Part shown: one piece after another, positions 8,370 to 16,240 of the stretch | Layout of the letters: each line of letters opens with the position of its first letter | Numbering within the stretch: the stretch's first letter is position 1 | From: an uncultured Actinomycetota bacterium | GTDB taxonomy: Bacteria > Actinomycetota > Actinomycetes > Frankiales > Frankiaceae | Direction: 5' to 3' | DNA length: 24,000 nt | Assembly: GCA_963783105.1 (NCBI GenBank) | Contig: CAWAMI010000003.1 | Span: forward strand, 97,812-121,811 | Position numbers and translations under genes: made by a program | The notes under the pieces: generated by a model | What the model saw: only the letters and a program-made list of their open reading frames with translations | The model's database searches: none | What the model was told of the DNA's origin: nothing

Positions 8370-8401
8370 GCGGTCGATCACCCGGCGCGATCGATGACCG
8401 C
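8370..8401. terminator. Imperfect hairpin between convergent genes, a possible bidirectional terminator
   Basis: GCGG-TCGATC (8370-8379), a 9-nt loop, then GATCGA-tga-CCGC (8389-8401), followed by cgTTTcggTT. It sits in the 80-bp gap between the stops at 8338 and 8419. Confidence 0.3.
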
Positions 8402-8418
8402 CGTTTCGGTTCCGATGG

Positions 8419-10773
8419 TCAGTCCAGGATGAACCAGCCACGGACCTGGGCCTCGTGATCGACGTAGCGCTCGCCGGAGACGTCCACCACGACCCGATCG
8501 ATGGTCCCGCCGGTGAAGCGGAACGGCACGGGATAATCGGGCGTCACCGGCGATGCGTCGTTGCGTCCGACGCAGATGCCGTCCCCGACCAGGTTGAAGT
8601 AGCCGGGTTGGGTGACGATGTCGCCGCTGCCCACCGCCTGATCGTCCATGTAGAGGGTGAGCGTCCCGGTGGCACCGGGCATCGCGGGGTCGGCGCTGCG
8701 GCCCTTCGCGCTGAACTCGGCGGTGAAGACGTGGCTCCCGACCGGGATCTCCCGATCGCCGACCACGTTCTGGAGGAACGTCCCGACCCAGTTGAAGGCG
8801 TAGTGCAGGTGCCGGTCCTTGACGTAGAGGCTGTGCCCGCCGGCGACGCCGCCGTGGGAGTACAGGACACCCTCCGCGTCGGGTGACGTGATGTCGACGC
8901 CGGCGGCGATGGTGTAGGACCGGCCGCTGATCGTGACGCCCGCCTGCTCCGGCACGGAGGCGCAGTCCGGGTAGTAGACGTACCGGTCACGTGGCGGAGT
9001 CCCGTGCGGGCGGTCGGCGAGCGTCTGCTCCAGGGCGCTGCGGTCGTCGAGCGGCAACCCCTTGTAGATGCCGGCGTAGTAGTACCAGAGGCTCTTGAGC
9101 TTCTCGAGGCGCTCCGGCTCCTGCGCGGCCAGATCCCTGGACTGGGAACGGTCCGTCTTAAGGTCGTACAGCTCCCAGGTGTCGTGCTCGAACTTGCCCC
9201 ACCCGGACAGCGGCGGATGCAGCGTGCAGGCCAGCCACCCGTCCGAGTAGAGGGAGCGCTGGCCCAGCATCACGTAGAACTGGGTCTGTTTGCCGGCAGC
9301 CGCGGGGTCGGTCAGCGATGCCGCGAAGCTCTCGCCCTCGATCGGGCTCTGCACGTAGCCCTTCAGGATCTCGGGAGGCTCGATGTCGAGGAGCTCGTAG
9401 ATCGTGGGGACGACGTCGGACGCGTGGATGTACTGGTCCCGGACCCCGCCCTTGTCCTTGATCGTGTCTGGCCACGCCACGAGGCACATGTCCGCGATGC
9501 CTCCCTCGTACCCCGCCCAGCGCTTCCAGTACGGGAAGGGGCTGTCGAAGGCCCACGCCCACCCGGTGTTGTAGTGGTTGTAGGACGTCGGGCTCCCGAG
9601 TTCGTCGATGTGCTGCAGGGACAGCTCCGTCGGGGTGGGAGCGCCGTTGAAGAACCGCCACTCGTTGAAGGTCCCGTCCGGGCCGCCCTCGCCGCTGCTG
9701 CCGTTGTCGGAGACGGCAACGATGATCGTGTTGTCCAGCTGGCCGGAGGCCTCGAGGAAGTCGAGCACGCGACCGAGCTGGTCGTCGGTGTAGGAGACGT
9801 AGCCGGCGTAGACCTCGGCCATCCGGATGAACAGACGCTGTTCGTCGGGGGTGAGCGAATCCCACGGGCGAACGGTGTCGAGCATCGGCCAGGGCTGCCC
9901 GTCCGGGCCGGTCACCGCCGGCTCGCCGTGCGGGTTGATCGCGGAGAGCTCGGTGTCCTCGGGCAGCAGCCCGAGCTCCTTCTGGCGGCGCAGGATCTCG
10001 GGCCGGATCGCCTCGTAGCCCTGGTCGAACGTCCCCTTGTATCTGTCCGCCCACTCCTGGAAGACGTGGTGCGGGGCGTGCGCGGCGTCGAGCGACAGAT
10101 ACATGAAGAACGGCTTGTCGGGCTCGACGACCTTGGCGTCCCGGATGAACCCGATCGCCTTGTCCGACAGGTCCTTGGCGATGTGATAGCCCTCCTCGGG
10201 CGTGGCCGGGGGGTCGACCGCGTGGTTGTCCGAGATCAGGTCCGGATACCAGCAGCTCGATTCGCCGCCGAGGAAGCCGTAGAACCGCTCGAACCCACGG
10301 CCCAGCGGCCAGCGCCCCTTGTAGGCCGCCATGCTCGTCTCCTCACCTGGGGTGAGGTGCCATTTGCCGACGCAGTAGGTGTTGTAGCCGTGCTCGGTCA
10401 GCACCTCGGAGAGGAACCCGTTCTCGAACGGGATGCGCGTGGAGATGCCCGGAAAGCCGGAGTTGAGTTCGGCGATCGTCGCCATGCCGTTCGAGGTCGC
10501 GTTCCGGCCGGTCAACAGCGACGAACGGGTCGGGGAGCACAGGGCGGTGGTGTGGAAGTTCGAGTACCGCAGGCCCATGTCCGCGATGCGGCTCATGGCC
10601 GGCGTCTTCACGGGACCGCCGAAGCAATCCATCGTCCCGTAGCCGACGTCGTCCCAGACGATCATCAGGACGTTCGGTGCGCCGGGGCGGGACCTGGGAG
10701 CCAGGTAGGGGCTCCAGTCGGGCTGGGACTCGCGGATGTCGAGTCCGATCCTGCCGGAGAAGCCCTTAGGCAT
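8419..10773 (-). CDS. Arylsulfatase, Cys-type (formylglycine-dependent) sulfatase family, long AtsA-like form (784 aa)
   Basis: The N-terminus NVLMIVWDDVGYG is followed by the sulfatase signature LCSPTRSSLLTGRN (C-x-P-x-R; Cys codon at 10539-10537) and GKWHL. The ~250-aa C-terminal extension is like that of mycobacterial AtsA-type enzymes. Confidence 0.9.
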   Translation of the reverse strand: MPKGFSGRIGLDIRESQPDWSPYLAPRSRPGAPNVLMIVWDDVGYGTMDCFGGPVKTPAMSRIADMGLRYSNFHTTALCSPTRSSLLTGRNATSNGMATIAELNSGFPGISTRIPFENGFLSEVLTEHGYNTYCVGKWHLTPGEETSMAAYKGRWPLGRGFERFYGFLGGESSCWYPDLISDNHAVDPPATPEEGYHIAKDLSDKAIGFIRDAKVVEPDKPFFMYLSLDAAHAPHHVFQEWADRYKGTFDQGYEAIRPEILRRQKELGLLPEDTELSAINPHGEPAVTGPDGQPWPMLDTVRPWDSLTPDEQRLFIRMAEVYAGYVSYTDDQLGRVLDFLEASGQLDNTIIVAVSDNGSSGEGGPDGTFNEWRFFNGAPTPTELSLQHIDELGSPTSYNHYNTGWAWAFDSPFPYWKRWAGYEGGIADMCLVAWPDTIKDKGGVRDQYIHASDVVPTIYELLDIEPPEILKGYVQSPIEGESFAASLTDPAAAGKQTQFYVMLGQRSLYSDGWLACTLHPPLSGWGKFEHDTWELYDLKTDRSQSRDLAAQEPERLEKLKSLWYYYAGIYKGLPLDDRSALEQTLADRPHGTPPRDRYVYYPDCASVPEQAGVTISGRSYTIAAGVDITSPDAEGVLYSHGGVAGGHSLYVKDRHLHYAFNWVGTFLQNVVGDREIPVGSHVFTAEFSAKGRSADPAMPGATGTLTLYMDDQAVGSGDIVTQPGYFNLVGDGICVGRNDASPVTPDYPVPFRFTGGTIDRVVVDVSGERYVDHEAQVRGWFILD

Positions 10774-10839
10774 GGTTACCCCCTGGAGTGAGCGGCGTCG
10801 TTGGGAGAACCATCGGACCGCCGACGGCCGAGGCGTGCT

Positions 10840-12285
10840 TCACCCCAGGCGGGTGAACCGTTCCGCCGACGTCGCCGCGGCGTTCATGCGCTGGGCGTCC
10901 GGTGCCCCGTGGCAGCGCTTCCACTTGCGGCCGCTGCCGCAGGTGCAGGGACCGTTTCGGGGCCGGGTGGCGTCGGCGCCGGCGTAGACGGCCATCACGT
11001 CCGCCGGCGCCCGGCCCTCCCGCAGCAACCGCGTCATCGTCTCCATGGGCTCCCGCACGTGGGAGAAGAAGGCCTCGTAGCCGGCGCAGAGGTAGTGCTG
11101 CCCCGGCTCGCCGTAGGGCGAGGTGGCGAACCGGTCCTTCGGGCATCCGCCGTTGCAGGCGAAGCGGACCGGGCAGTCGAGGCAGTAACGGGTCAGGGTG
11201 TCCCGCTTCGCCTCCCCGAACGCGCGCTGCTGGGGGAGCGCGACCAGGTCCAGCAGGTGCTTGTCCGCGATGTTGCCCAGCAGGTAGTCGGGCTCCACGT
11301 AGTGGTCGCACGAGTACAGGTCGCCGTTGTGCTCGAGCGCCAGCTGCGTTCCACAGGTCTCCGCGTGGATGCACAGCGAGCCGGGTTCGCCGTACCAGCT
11401 CGCGAGCGCGTCGTCGAAGGCCTGCACGTAGACGCGGCCGACGTCGGAGCGGACCCAGTCCTCGAACACGTCGATGAGGAAGCGGCCGTACTGCTCCGGT
11501 CCCACGCTGCGCTCGGTGACCAGCGAGCCCTGTTGCGTGTAGAGCGGCCGGCCGGAGACGCCGCTGCCCCAGCCGGCGTTCGCGATGGGCAGCGTCTCCT
11601 CCGTCGCGCGCTCGACGATGGGGATGAACTGGATGAAGGTCGCGCCCAGCCCGTCGCGCAGGAAGCGGTAGACCTCGCCGCCGTGGTCACCGTTGGCGGA
11701 GTTGATCGTCGTGAGGACGTTCCACTCGACCCCGTGTCGCCGGAGCACGTCGAGCCCGCGGAGCACGCGGTCGAAGGTGGGCTTGCCGCCCTTGTCGACC
11801 CGGAACGTGTCGTGCAGCTCGCGGGGGCCGTCGATCGAGATCCCGACCAGGAAGTCGTTCTCCTTCAGGAACCGCCCCCACGCGTCATCGAGCAGGGTCC
11901 CGTTCGTCTGCAGGGTGTTCAGGATCCGCTGGCCCGGGCGGGCGTAGCGGCGCTCGAGCTCGACCGACCGCCGGAAGAAGTCGAGCCCCATCATGGTCGG
12001 CTCGCCGCCCTGCCACGCCACCACGACCTCGGGTTCGCGTGCGTGGGCCTCGAGCAGCTGCCGGAGATAGGTCTCCTGCAGTTCCTCCGCCATCCGGAAC
12101 CTGCTGCCGGGGTAGAGCATCTCCTTCGACAGGAAGAAGCAGTACTCGCAGTCCAGGTTGCACACCGCACCGGTGGGTTTCGCCATCACGTGGAAGGCGC
12201 GCGGAGCATCCCGCCCGGTTCGGGCCGGGACCGCCGGGGCAGGCGGGGCGGCCGGCGGCGGTTCGAGTCCCATGCGGCCTTCCAT
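10840..12285 (-). CDS. Anaerobic sulfatase-maturating enzyme-type radical SAM/SPASM protein with a C-terminal SEC-C-like zinc motif (481 aa)
   Basis: ATG 12285 is preceded by GGAGAAGGA. The radical-SAM motif is CNLDCEYC (12162-12139). The SPASM cluster is CLDCPVRFACNGGC. The C-terminal CTCGSGRKWKRCH (10947-10909) fits C-x-C-x8-C-H. The gene lies 66 nt upstream of the sulfatase on the same strand. Confidence 0.9.
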   Translation of the reverse strand: MEGRMGLEPPPAAPPAPAVPARTGRDAPRAFHVMAKPTGAVCNLDCEYCFFLSKEMLYPGSRFRMAEELQETYLRQLLEAHAREPEVVVAWQGGEPTMMGLDFFRRSVELERRYARPGQRILNTLQTNGTLLDDAWGRFLKENDFLVGISIDGPRELHDTFRVDKGGKPTFDRVLRGLDVLRRHGVEWNVLTTINSANGDHGGEVYRFLRDGLGATFIQFIPIVERATEETLPIANAGWGSGVSGRPLYTQQGSLVTERSVGPEQYGRFLIDVFEDWVRSDVGRVYVQAFDDALASWYGEPGSLCIHAETCGTQLALEHNGDLYSCDHYVEPDYLLGNIADKHLLDLVALPQQRAFGEAKRDTLTRYCLDCPVRFACNGGCPKDRFATSPYGEPGQHYLCAGYEAFFSHVREPMETMTRLLREGRAPADVMAVYAGADATRPRNGPCTCGSGRKWKRCHGAPDAQRMNAAATSAERFTRLG

Positions 12286-12390
12286 CGATCCTTCTCCCGC
12301 TACTACTGCTGCGGTGCTGCCGGTCGCATCGAAGGGTGCCCGCGGCGCCAGCCGGAGGCATCATCCTGACCGGGCGAAGCCGCCGCTCGC

Positions 12391-13704
12391 GTGCCCGCCT
12401 GCGGGCTTTCGTCCTCTGCGGACGATTCGCCGGCGTACACGCTCCGGTCCTCTGTGCCGGTGAGTGCCGGCATCCTCGCCCTGATCGCGGCCACCGTGTT
12501 CGGCTGGGGCGTCCTGTCCGGGCGGCTCGAGCGCGCCGATCTGACCGCGCCGATCGTGTTCGTCGCCGTCGGAGTGCTGATCGCGAACATCGCGTCCTTG
12601 AACCCGACGGTCGACGCGGAGGTCGTCCGACTGCTCACCGAGATCACCCTCGTGTGGGTGCTGTTCTCCGACGCCGCACGGGTCGGCGTGCGTCAGCTGC
12701 GGGCCGAGGCGGGCGTCTACCTGCGGCTGCTGGGTGTCGCACTGCCGTTGACGGTCGGGATCGGCTGGCTGCTCGCCTGGGCGATGTTCGGCGGTTTCGA
12801 CCTCTGGCTCGCTCTGTTGGTCGGCGCGGCGCTCGCACCCACGGACGCGGCCCTCGGCGCCAGCGTGATCGGCAATCCGGTCGTCCCCGCGCGGGTCCGC
12901 GGGATCCTCAACGTCGAGAGCGGGTTGAACGACGGCATCGTGACGCCCGTCGTCATGCTCGCGCTGGCCGGGGCGAGCGCCGCCGAGGAGGGCGGCGGAC
13001 GGGGAGCTCCCCACGCCCTGCTGCAGCTGTCGCTCGGGGTGGCCGTGGGCGTCGGGGTGGGCGCCGGCGGCGGCTGGCTGCTCGGGGTCGCGCGCCGTCG
13101 AGCGTGGGTCGACGAGGAGTTCGCGGGCCCGGCGGTTCTCGCCCTCGCGTTGCTCGGCTACGCCGCCTCGGTGGCGTGCGCCGGGAACGGCTTCGTGGCC
13201 GCCTTCGCCGGCGGCATCGCCTTCGGGCACGTGGCCGGCCGTGCGACCCCGAAGCAGGTGTCCTTCGTCGAGCAGACCGCCGGGCTCGCGTCCCTGCTGG
13301 TGTGGCTGACGTTCGGCGTCGTGGCCGTGCCGCTGATCGTCGACGCGGTCGGATGGCAGTTGCTGGTCTACGCCGTACTCAGCCTGACGGTCGTGCGGAT
13401 GCTGCCGGTCTGCCTGCTTCTGCTTGGGACCAGCCTTGCCGGTCGCGCCTCCTGGTTTCTCGGCTGGTTCGGCCCACGAGGCCTCGCGTCCGTCGTGTTC
13501 GCGCTGCTGGCCGTGGAGGAACTCGGGCCGCAGGCTGACACCGCTGTTGCAGTCATCGTGACGACGGTGTTGGTGAGCGTGTTCGCGCACGGCCTCACCG
13601 CCGGTCCGCTGGCGAGTCGCTACGGCGGGCGCGCGAGTGCGCACGGGAAGACCAGCGCCGAGGGGACCGGGGCGGGGGCCGGGGCCGGGGTGTCGCAGGT
13701 GTGA
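12391..13704 (+). CDS. Cation:proton antiporter (CPA1, Na+/H+ exchanger family)
   Basis: The protein is polytopic, with LAPTDAALGASV and ESGLNDG motifs typical of the Na_H_Exchanger family. GTG 12391 is the first in-frame start after TGA 12367-12369. GTG 12454 or 12460, directly before the first TM helix, are equally plausible. No start has a clear RBS. Confidence 0.8.
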   Translation: MPACGLSSSADDSPAYTLRSSVPVSAGILALIAATVFGWGVLSGRLERADLTAPIVFVAVGVLIANIASLNPTVDAEVVRLLTEITLVWVLFSDAARVGVRQLRAEAGVYLRLLGVALPLTVGIGWLLAWAMFGGFDLWLALLVGAALAPTDAALGASVIGNPVVPARVRGILNVESGLNDGIVTPVVMLALAGASAAEEGGGRGAPHALLQLSLGVAVGVGVGAGGGWLLGVARRRAWVDEEFAGPAVLALALLGYAASVACAGNGFVAAFAGGIAFGHVAGRATPKQVSFVEQTAGLASLLVWLTFGVVAVPLIVDAVGWQLLVYAVLSLTVVRMLPVCLLLLGTSLAGRASWFLGWFGPRGLASVVFALLAVEELGPQADTAVAVIVTTVLVSVFAHGLTAGPLASRYGGRASAHGKTSAEGTGAGAGAGVSQV

Positions 13705-13730
13705 GGCGCAGCCGCCGGAGCGACGGGAGT

Positions 13731-14768
13731 TCAGCGCAGGATCAGGGTCGCCGCCGTCTGGTCCGCCGGCCCTGCCGTCGGTCCGCCGCCGGGCAGATAC
13801 AGCCGCCCGTCGACGACGGCGGCCCCGATGCCCTGGCGGGGTTCGGGCAGCTCCCGCAGGCTCGACCAGGAGCGGGTGCGCGGGTCGTAGGCGGCCACGT
13901 TGCGGTAGGCCTGCGTCTCGGCCGCGTTCTCGCCGCCGATCACCAGGAACCGGCCGTCGAGGGACGCCCCCGCCACCGAGGAACGGCCGAGCGGCACCGG
14001 GGGCTGCGTGCTCCAGCTGTCGGTCGTCGGGTCGTAGGCCTCGTGGGCGGACGACTCGCCGGGGCGGCCGGCGGCGACGTGCAGGACCTCGTCGACCACG
14101 GCGCCGGCTGCGTGGTCCCGTGGGGTGGGCAGCGGCGCCGCGGTCGTCCACCGATTGGTCGCGGGGTCGTAGACGTCGTGCTCACCGGTGTCGACCGACG
14201 CTCCGCCGCCGGGACCGGTCGTCTTGCCGCCGACCAGATGGAACCGTCCATCGAGCACGACCGCGACGCCGGCGGCCCGCGGCGTCGGCAGCGGCGCCCG
14301 GGTGCTCCATCGGTCGGTCGCGGGGTCGTAGGCGTAGAGGGTCGCCGTGGGTCGGCCCGCGGCGCCGTAGCCGCCGGCCGCATAGATCGTCCCGTTCAGG
14401 CCCACGGCCCCGATGTGGTCCAGCGGCTCCGGCAGCGGCGCGGCGGTCCGCCAGGCCCCGGAGGTGGGGTCGAGCACCACGTGGGTGGTCGAGTGCGCCT
14501 TCCCGCCGACGTAGCCGCCGAGGACGTGGATACGCCCGCCCACCTCGGCGACCGCGACCTCGCTGACGGCGACGGGCATGTCCGGCCCGGTCCGCCAGGA
14601 CAGCAGCCGGGGATCGCTGGGACCGGCCGGTGACGCCCCGTCCTGCCGCGGGGTTCCCCCGGCCGGGAGCGACGAGCTCGACGACGAGCCTCCGGAGCAC
14701 GCGCTCATCGCCCCCGCCAGGATGAGCGCGCCGATGACGGCGACGCGAGCTCGGCGGGGCGAGGACAC
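13731..14768 (-). CDS. Kelch-repeat beta-propeller lipoprotein (345 aa)
   Basis: GTG 14768 is preceded by GGAG with 5-nt spacing. The signal peptide is SSPRRARVAVIGALILAGAMSAC (lipobox-like). The body has six repeats of the type hhhhGG...Y(D/N)Px(T/S)xxW...PLP. Only the C-terminal 345 aa of the 766-aa track ORF is real. Confidence 0.8.
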   Translation of the reverse strand: MSSPRRARVAVIGALILAGAMSACSGGSSSSSSLPAGGTPRQDGASPAGPSDPRLLSWRTGPDMPVAVSEVAVAEVGGRIHVLGGYVGGKAHSTTHVVLDPTSGAWRTAAPLPEPLDHIGAVGLNGTIYAAGGYGAAGRPTATLYAYDPATDRWSTRAPLPTPRAAGVAVVLDGRFHLVGGKTTGPGGGASVDTGEHDVYDPATNRWTTAAPLPTPRDHAAGAVVDEVLHVAAGRPGESSAHEAYDPTTDSWSTQPPVPLGRSSVAGASLDGRFLVIGGENAAETQAYRNVAAYDPRTRSWSSLRELPEPRQGIGAAVVDGRLYLPGGGPTAGPADQTAATLILR

Positions 14769-14809
14769 GCGTGCTCCGGGCCGCTCGAGGGGACGGGGCA
14801 CGGCCGCGC

Positions 14810-15985
14810 TCAGCGCAGGATGCCGGTGTGGCCCAGCGAGTACCGGCCCGGCTGGGGCCACACCGCGAGGCCGTGCGGCTCGCGGCCGACCTTGATGCGT
14901 GCGGCGAGCTGCCCGGTGGTGGTGTCGATGCCGTAGACCTCGCCGTTCCGCCGGCCCGAGAGCCACAGCGTCTTGCCGTCCGGCGAGACGCCGCCCATGT
15001 CCGGGGTGCTCGGTGGCGCGATCGGCCACGTCGCGACGATCTTGTTCGTCGCGAAGTCGAGGACGCTGACCGAACCCTTGTCGCCACCCGGGCCCATGCC
15101 GCCCCGGTTGGAGATGTAGAGCCTCGTGGCGTCCCGGCTCGGATACAGGCCGTGCGTCTCGGGCCCGGTCGGGATGAAGCCGGTGAGCTTGAAGGCGTCG
15201 CCGTCCATCGTCCACACCCCGTTGGCCATCATGTCGCTGACGTACCAGACCGTCCCGCTCGGGTTGATCTTGATGTCCTGCGGCATGCCGCCGTTCGGCA
15301 CCGGGATGTAGCCCAGCACCTTGTGCGACGCGGTGTCGACCTTCACGAGCTGGCTGGAGAACTCGCAGGTCGCGATGAAGTAGCTGCCGTCGGCGGAGAA
15401 GTCGACGTGGTTGACGCCGGCGCAGTCGACCGGAACCGAGTCCTTCACCTGGAAGGTGTGCGGGTCGGTGAAGTTCAGCCGCTTCTCCGCCTCGGCGATG
15501 ACGATGGCGAACTTGCCGTCGGGGGTGAAGTACATGTTGTACGGGTCGGTGACCGGGATGTTCGGACCTGCCCGCTTGGTGGTCCTCGGATCGATCGGCG
15601 TGAGGCTGTTGCCGTTCTCGTTGTTCGCGGCGTACAGCGTCTTCAGATCCCAGGACGGGATGACGTGCTGGGTGCCGGGGCCCGCCGGGAAGGTGTCGAG
15701 GACCTTCTTGGCCACCGGATCGATGACGCTCACGGTGCCGTCGGAGTGATTGGGCACGTACAGCCGGTAGGGCACCCCCTGGGTGGCCGGCTGGAACATC
15801 CCGACGTTGGTCGCGGCGTAGACATTGGTGCTCGACTCGGCGGGTGCCGTCGGCGGCGGGGTGGGTGCTCCGGACGACGACGTGCGCTCGCTGCCGCCGT
15901 TCGACGAGCAGGCGGCGACCGTCGCGACGAGCAGGACGGCGGCGATGCGGGCGAGGTTGCGACGGGGTCCGCGGACGCGGCTCAT
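14810..15985 (-). CDS. YncE/YVTN-type beta-propeller lipoprotein (391 aa)
   Basis: ATG is at 15985. The signal peptide MSRVRGPRRNLARIAAVLLVATVAAC has the lipobox VAAC, followed by a Ser/Pro linker. The repeated PHG/PDG/DGK...Y(V/I)xN pattern is typical of YVTN/YncE propellers. The gene is 41 nt upstream of the Kelch gene. Confidence 0.75.
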   Translation of the reverse strand: MSRVRGPRRNLARIAAVLLVATVAACSSNGGSERTSSSGAPTPPPTAPAESSTNVYAATNVGMFQPATQGVPYRLYVPNHSDGTVSVIDPVAKKVLDTFPAGPGTQHVIPSWDLKTLYAANNENGNSLTPIDPRTTKRAGPNIPVTDPYNMYFTPDGKFAIVIAEAEKRLNFTDPHTFQVKDSVPVDCAGVNHVDFSADGSYFIATCEFSSQLVKVDTASHKVLGYIPVPNGGMPQDIKINPSGTVWYVSDMMANGVWTMDGDAFKLTGFIPTGPETHGLYPSRDATRLYISNRGGMGPGGDKGSVSVLDFATNKIVATWPIAPPSTPDMGGVSPDGKTLWLSGRRNGEVYGIDTTTGQLAARIKVGREPHGLAVWPQPGRYSLGHTGILR

Positions 15986-16186
15986 ACAGCTCCGACTTCG
16001 GCTCGGGGTCACTCTGCCGTCCGCGCCGCACCGATCCCTGGCGGGTCGGAACGGGCCCGGACGTTCGCCCACGCTAGCGGGTGAGAGAGGGAAAATCGGG
16101 CCGAGCCGCCCCACCCGAGTGCAGAACCTGCCCCGGATACCCACCGTCGCGGGGACGTCGGACCCTGGACGCTCGGTCTTCCGCTC

Positions 16187-16215
16187 GGCAGTGTCGCCCC
16201 CGGCAGCGTCGCCCC
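16187..16215 (+). repeat. Tandem direct repeat GGCAGTGTCGCCCC / GGCAGCGTCGCCCC (15-bp period) upstream of the heliorhodopsin start
   Basis: The copies are at 16187-16200 and 16202-16215, with 13 of 14 positions identical. They end 26 nt before GTG 16241. Confidence 0.5.
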
Positions 16216-16240
16216 GTCGGACGTGGTCCAGGGAGGTGTC

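Noticed and set aside
7636-8397. 253-aa plus-strand ORF starting in the AT-rich island
   Set aside because: Its first ~45 codons have low GC3, unlike real genes here. The remainder is out of frame with the RBS-supported lipoprotein gene (7778-8338).
12259-12271. GGTTCGAGTCC, a tRNA T-loop-like string
   Set aside because: The flanking bases (GGCGG / CCCAT) cannot form a T-stem. No acceptor or anticodon arms are present. The string lies inside the anSME coding region.
9004-12369. 595-aa and 522-aa plus-strand ORFs antisense to the sulfatase and anSME genes
   Set aside because: These are shadow ORFs. The minus-strand frames carry exact catalytic signatures (C-x-P-x-R, CxxxCxxC, SPASM).
12039-14633. 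499-aa, 596-aa, 309-aa and 310-aa ORFs over the antiporter and Kelch genes
   Set aside because: These are Arg-rich shadow frames. The real genes are 12391-13704 (+) and 13731-14768 (-).
13731-14821. Identical 12-bp TCAGCGCAGGAT at the 3' ends of both propeller genes (13731-13742 and 14810-14821), both encoding a C-terminal -ILR
   Set aside because: The match is too short to argue for duplication or a shared signal. The two proteins are otherwise unrelated propeller types, so this is probably coincidence.
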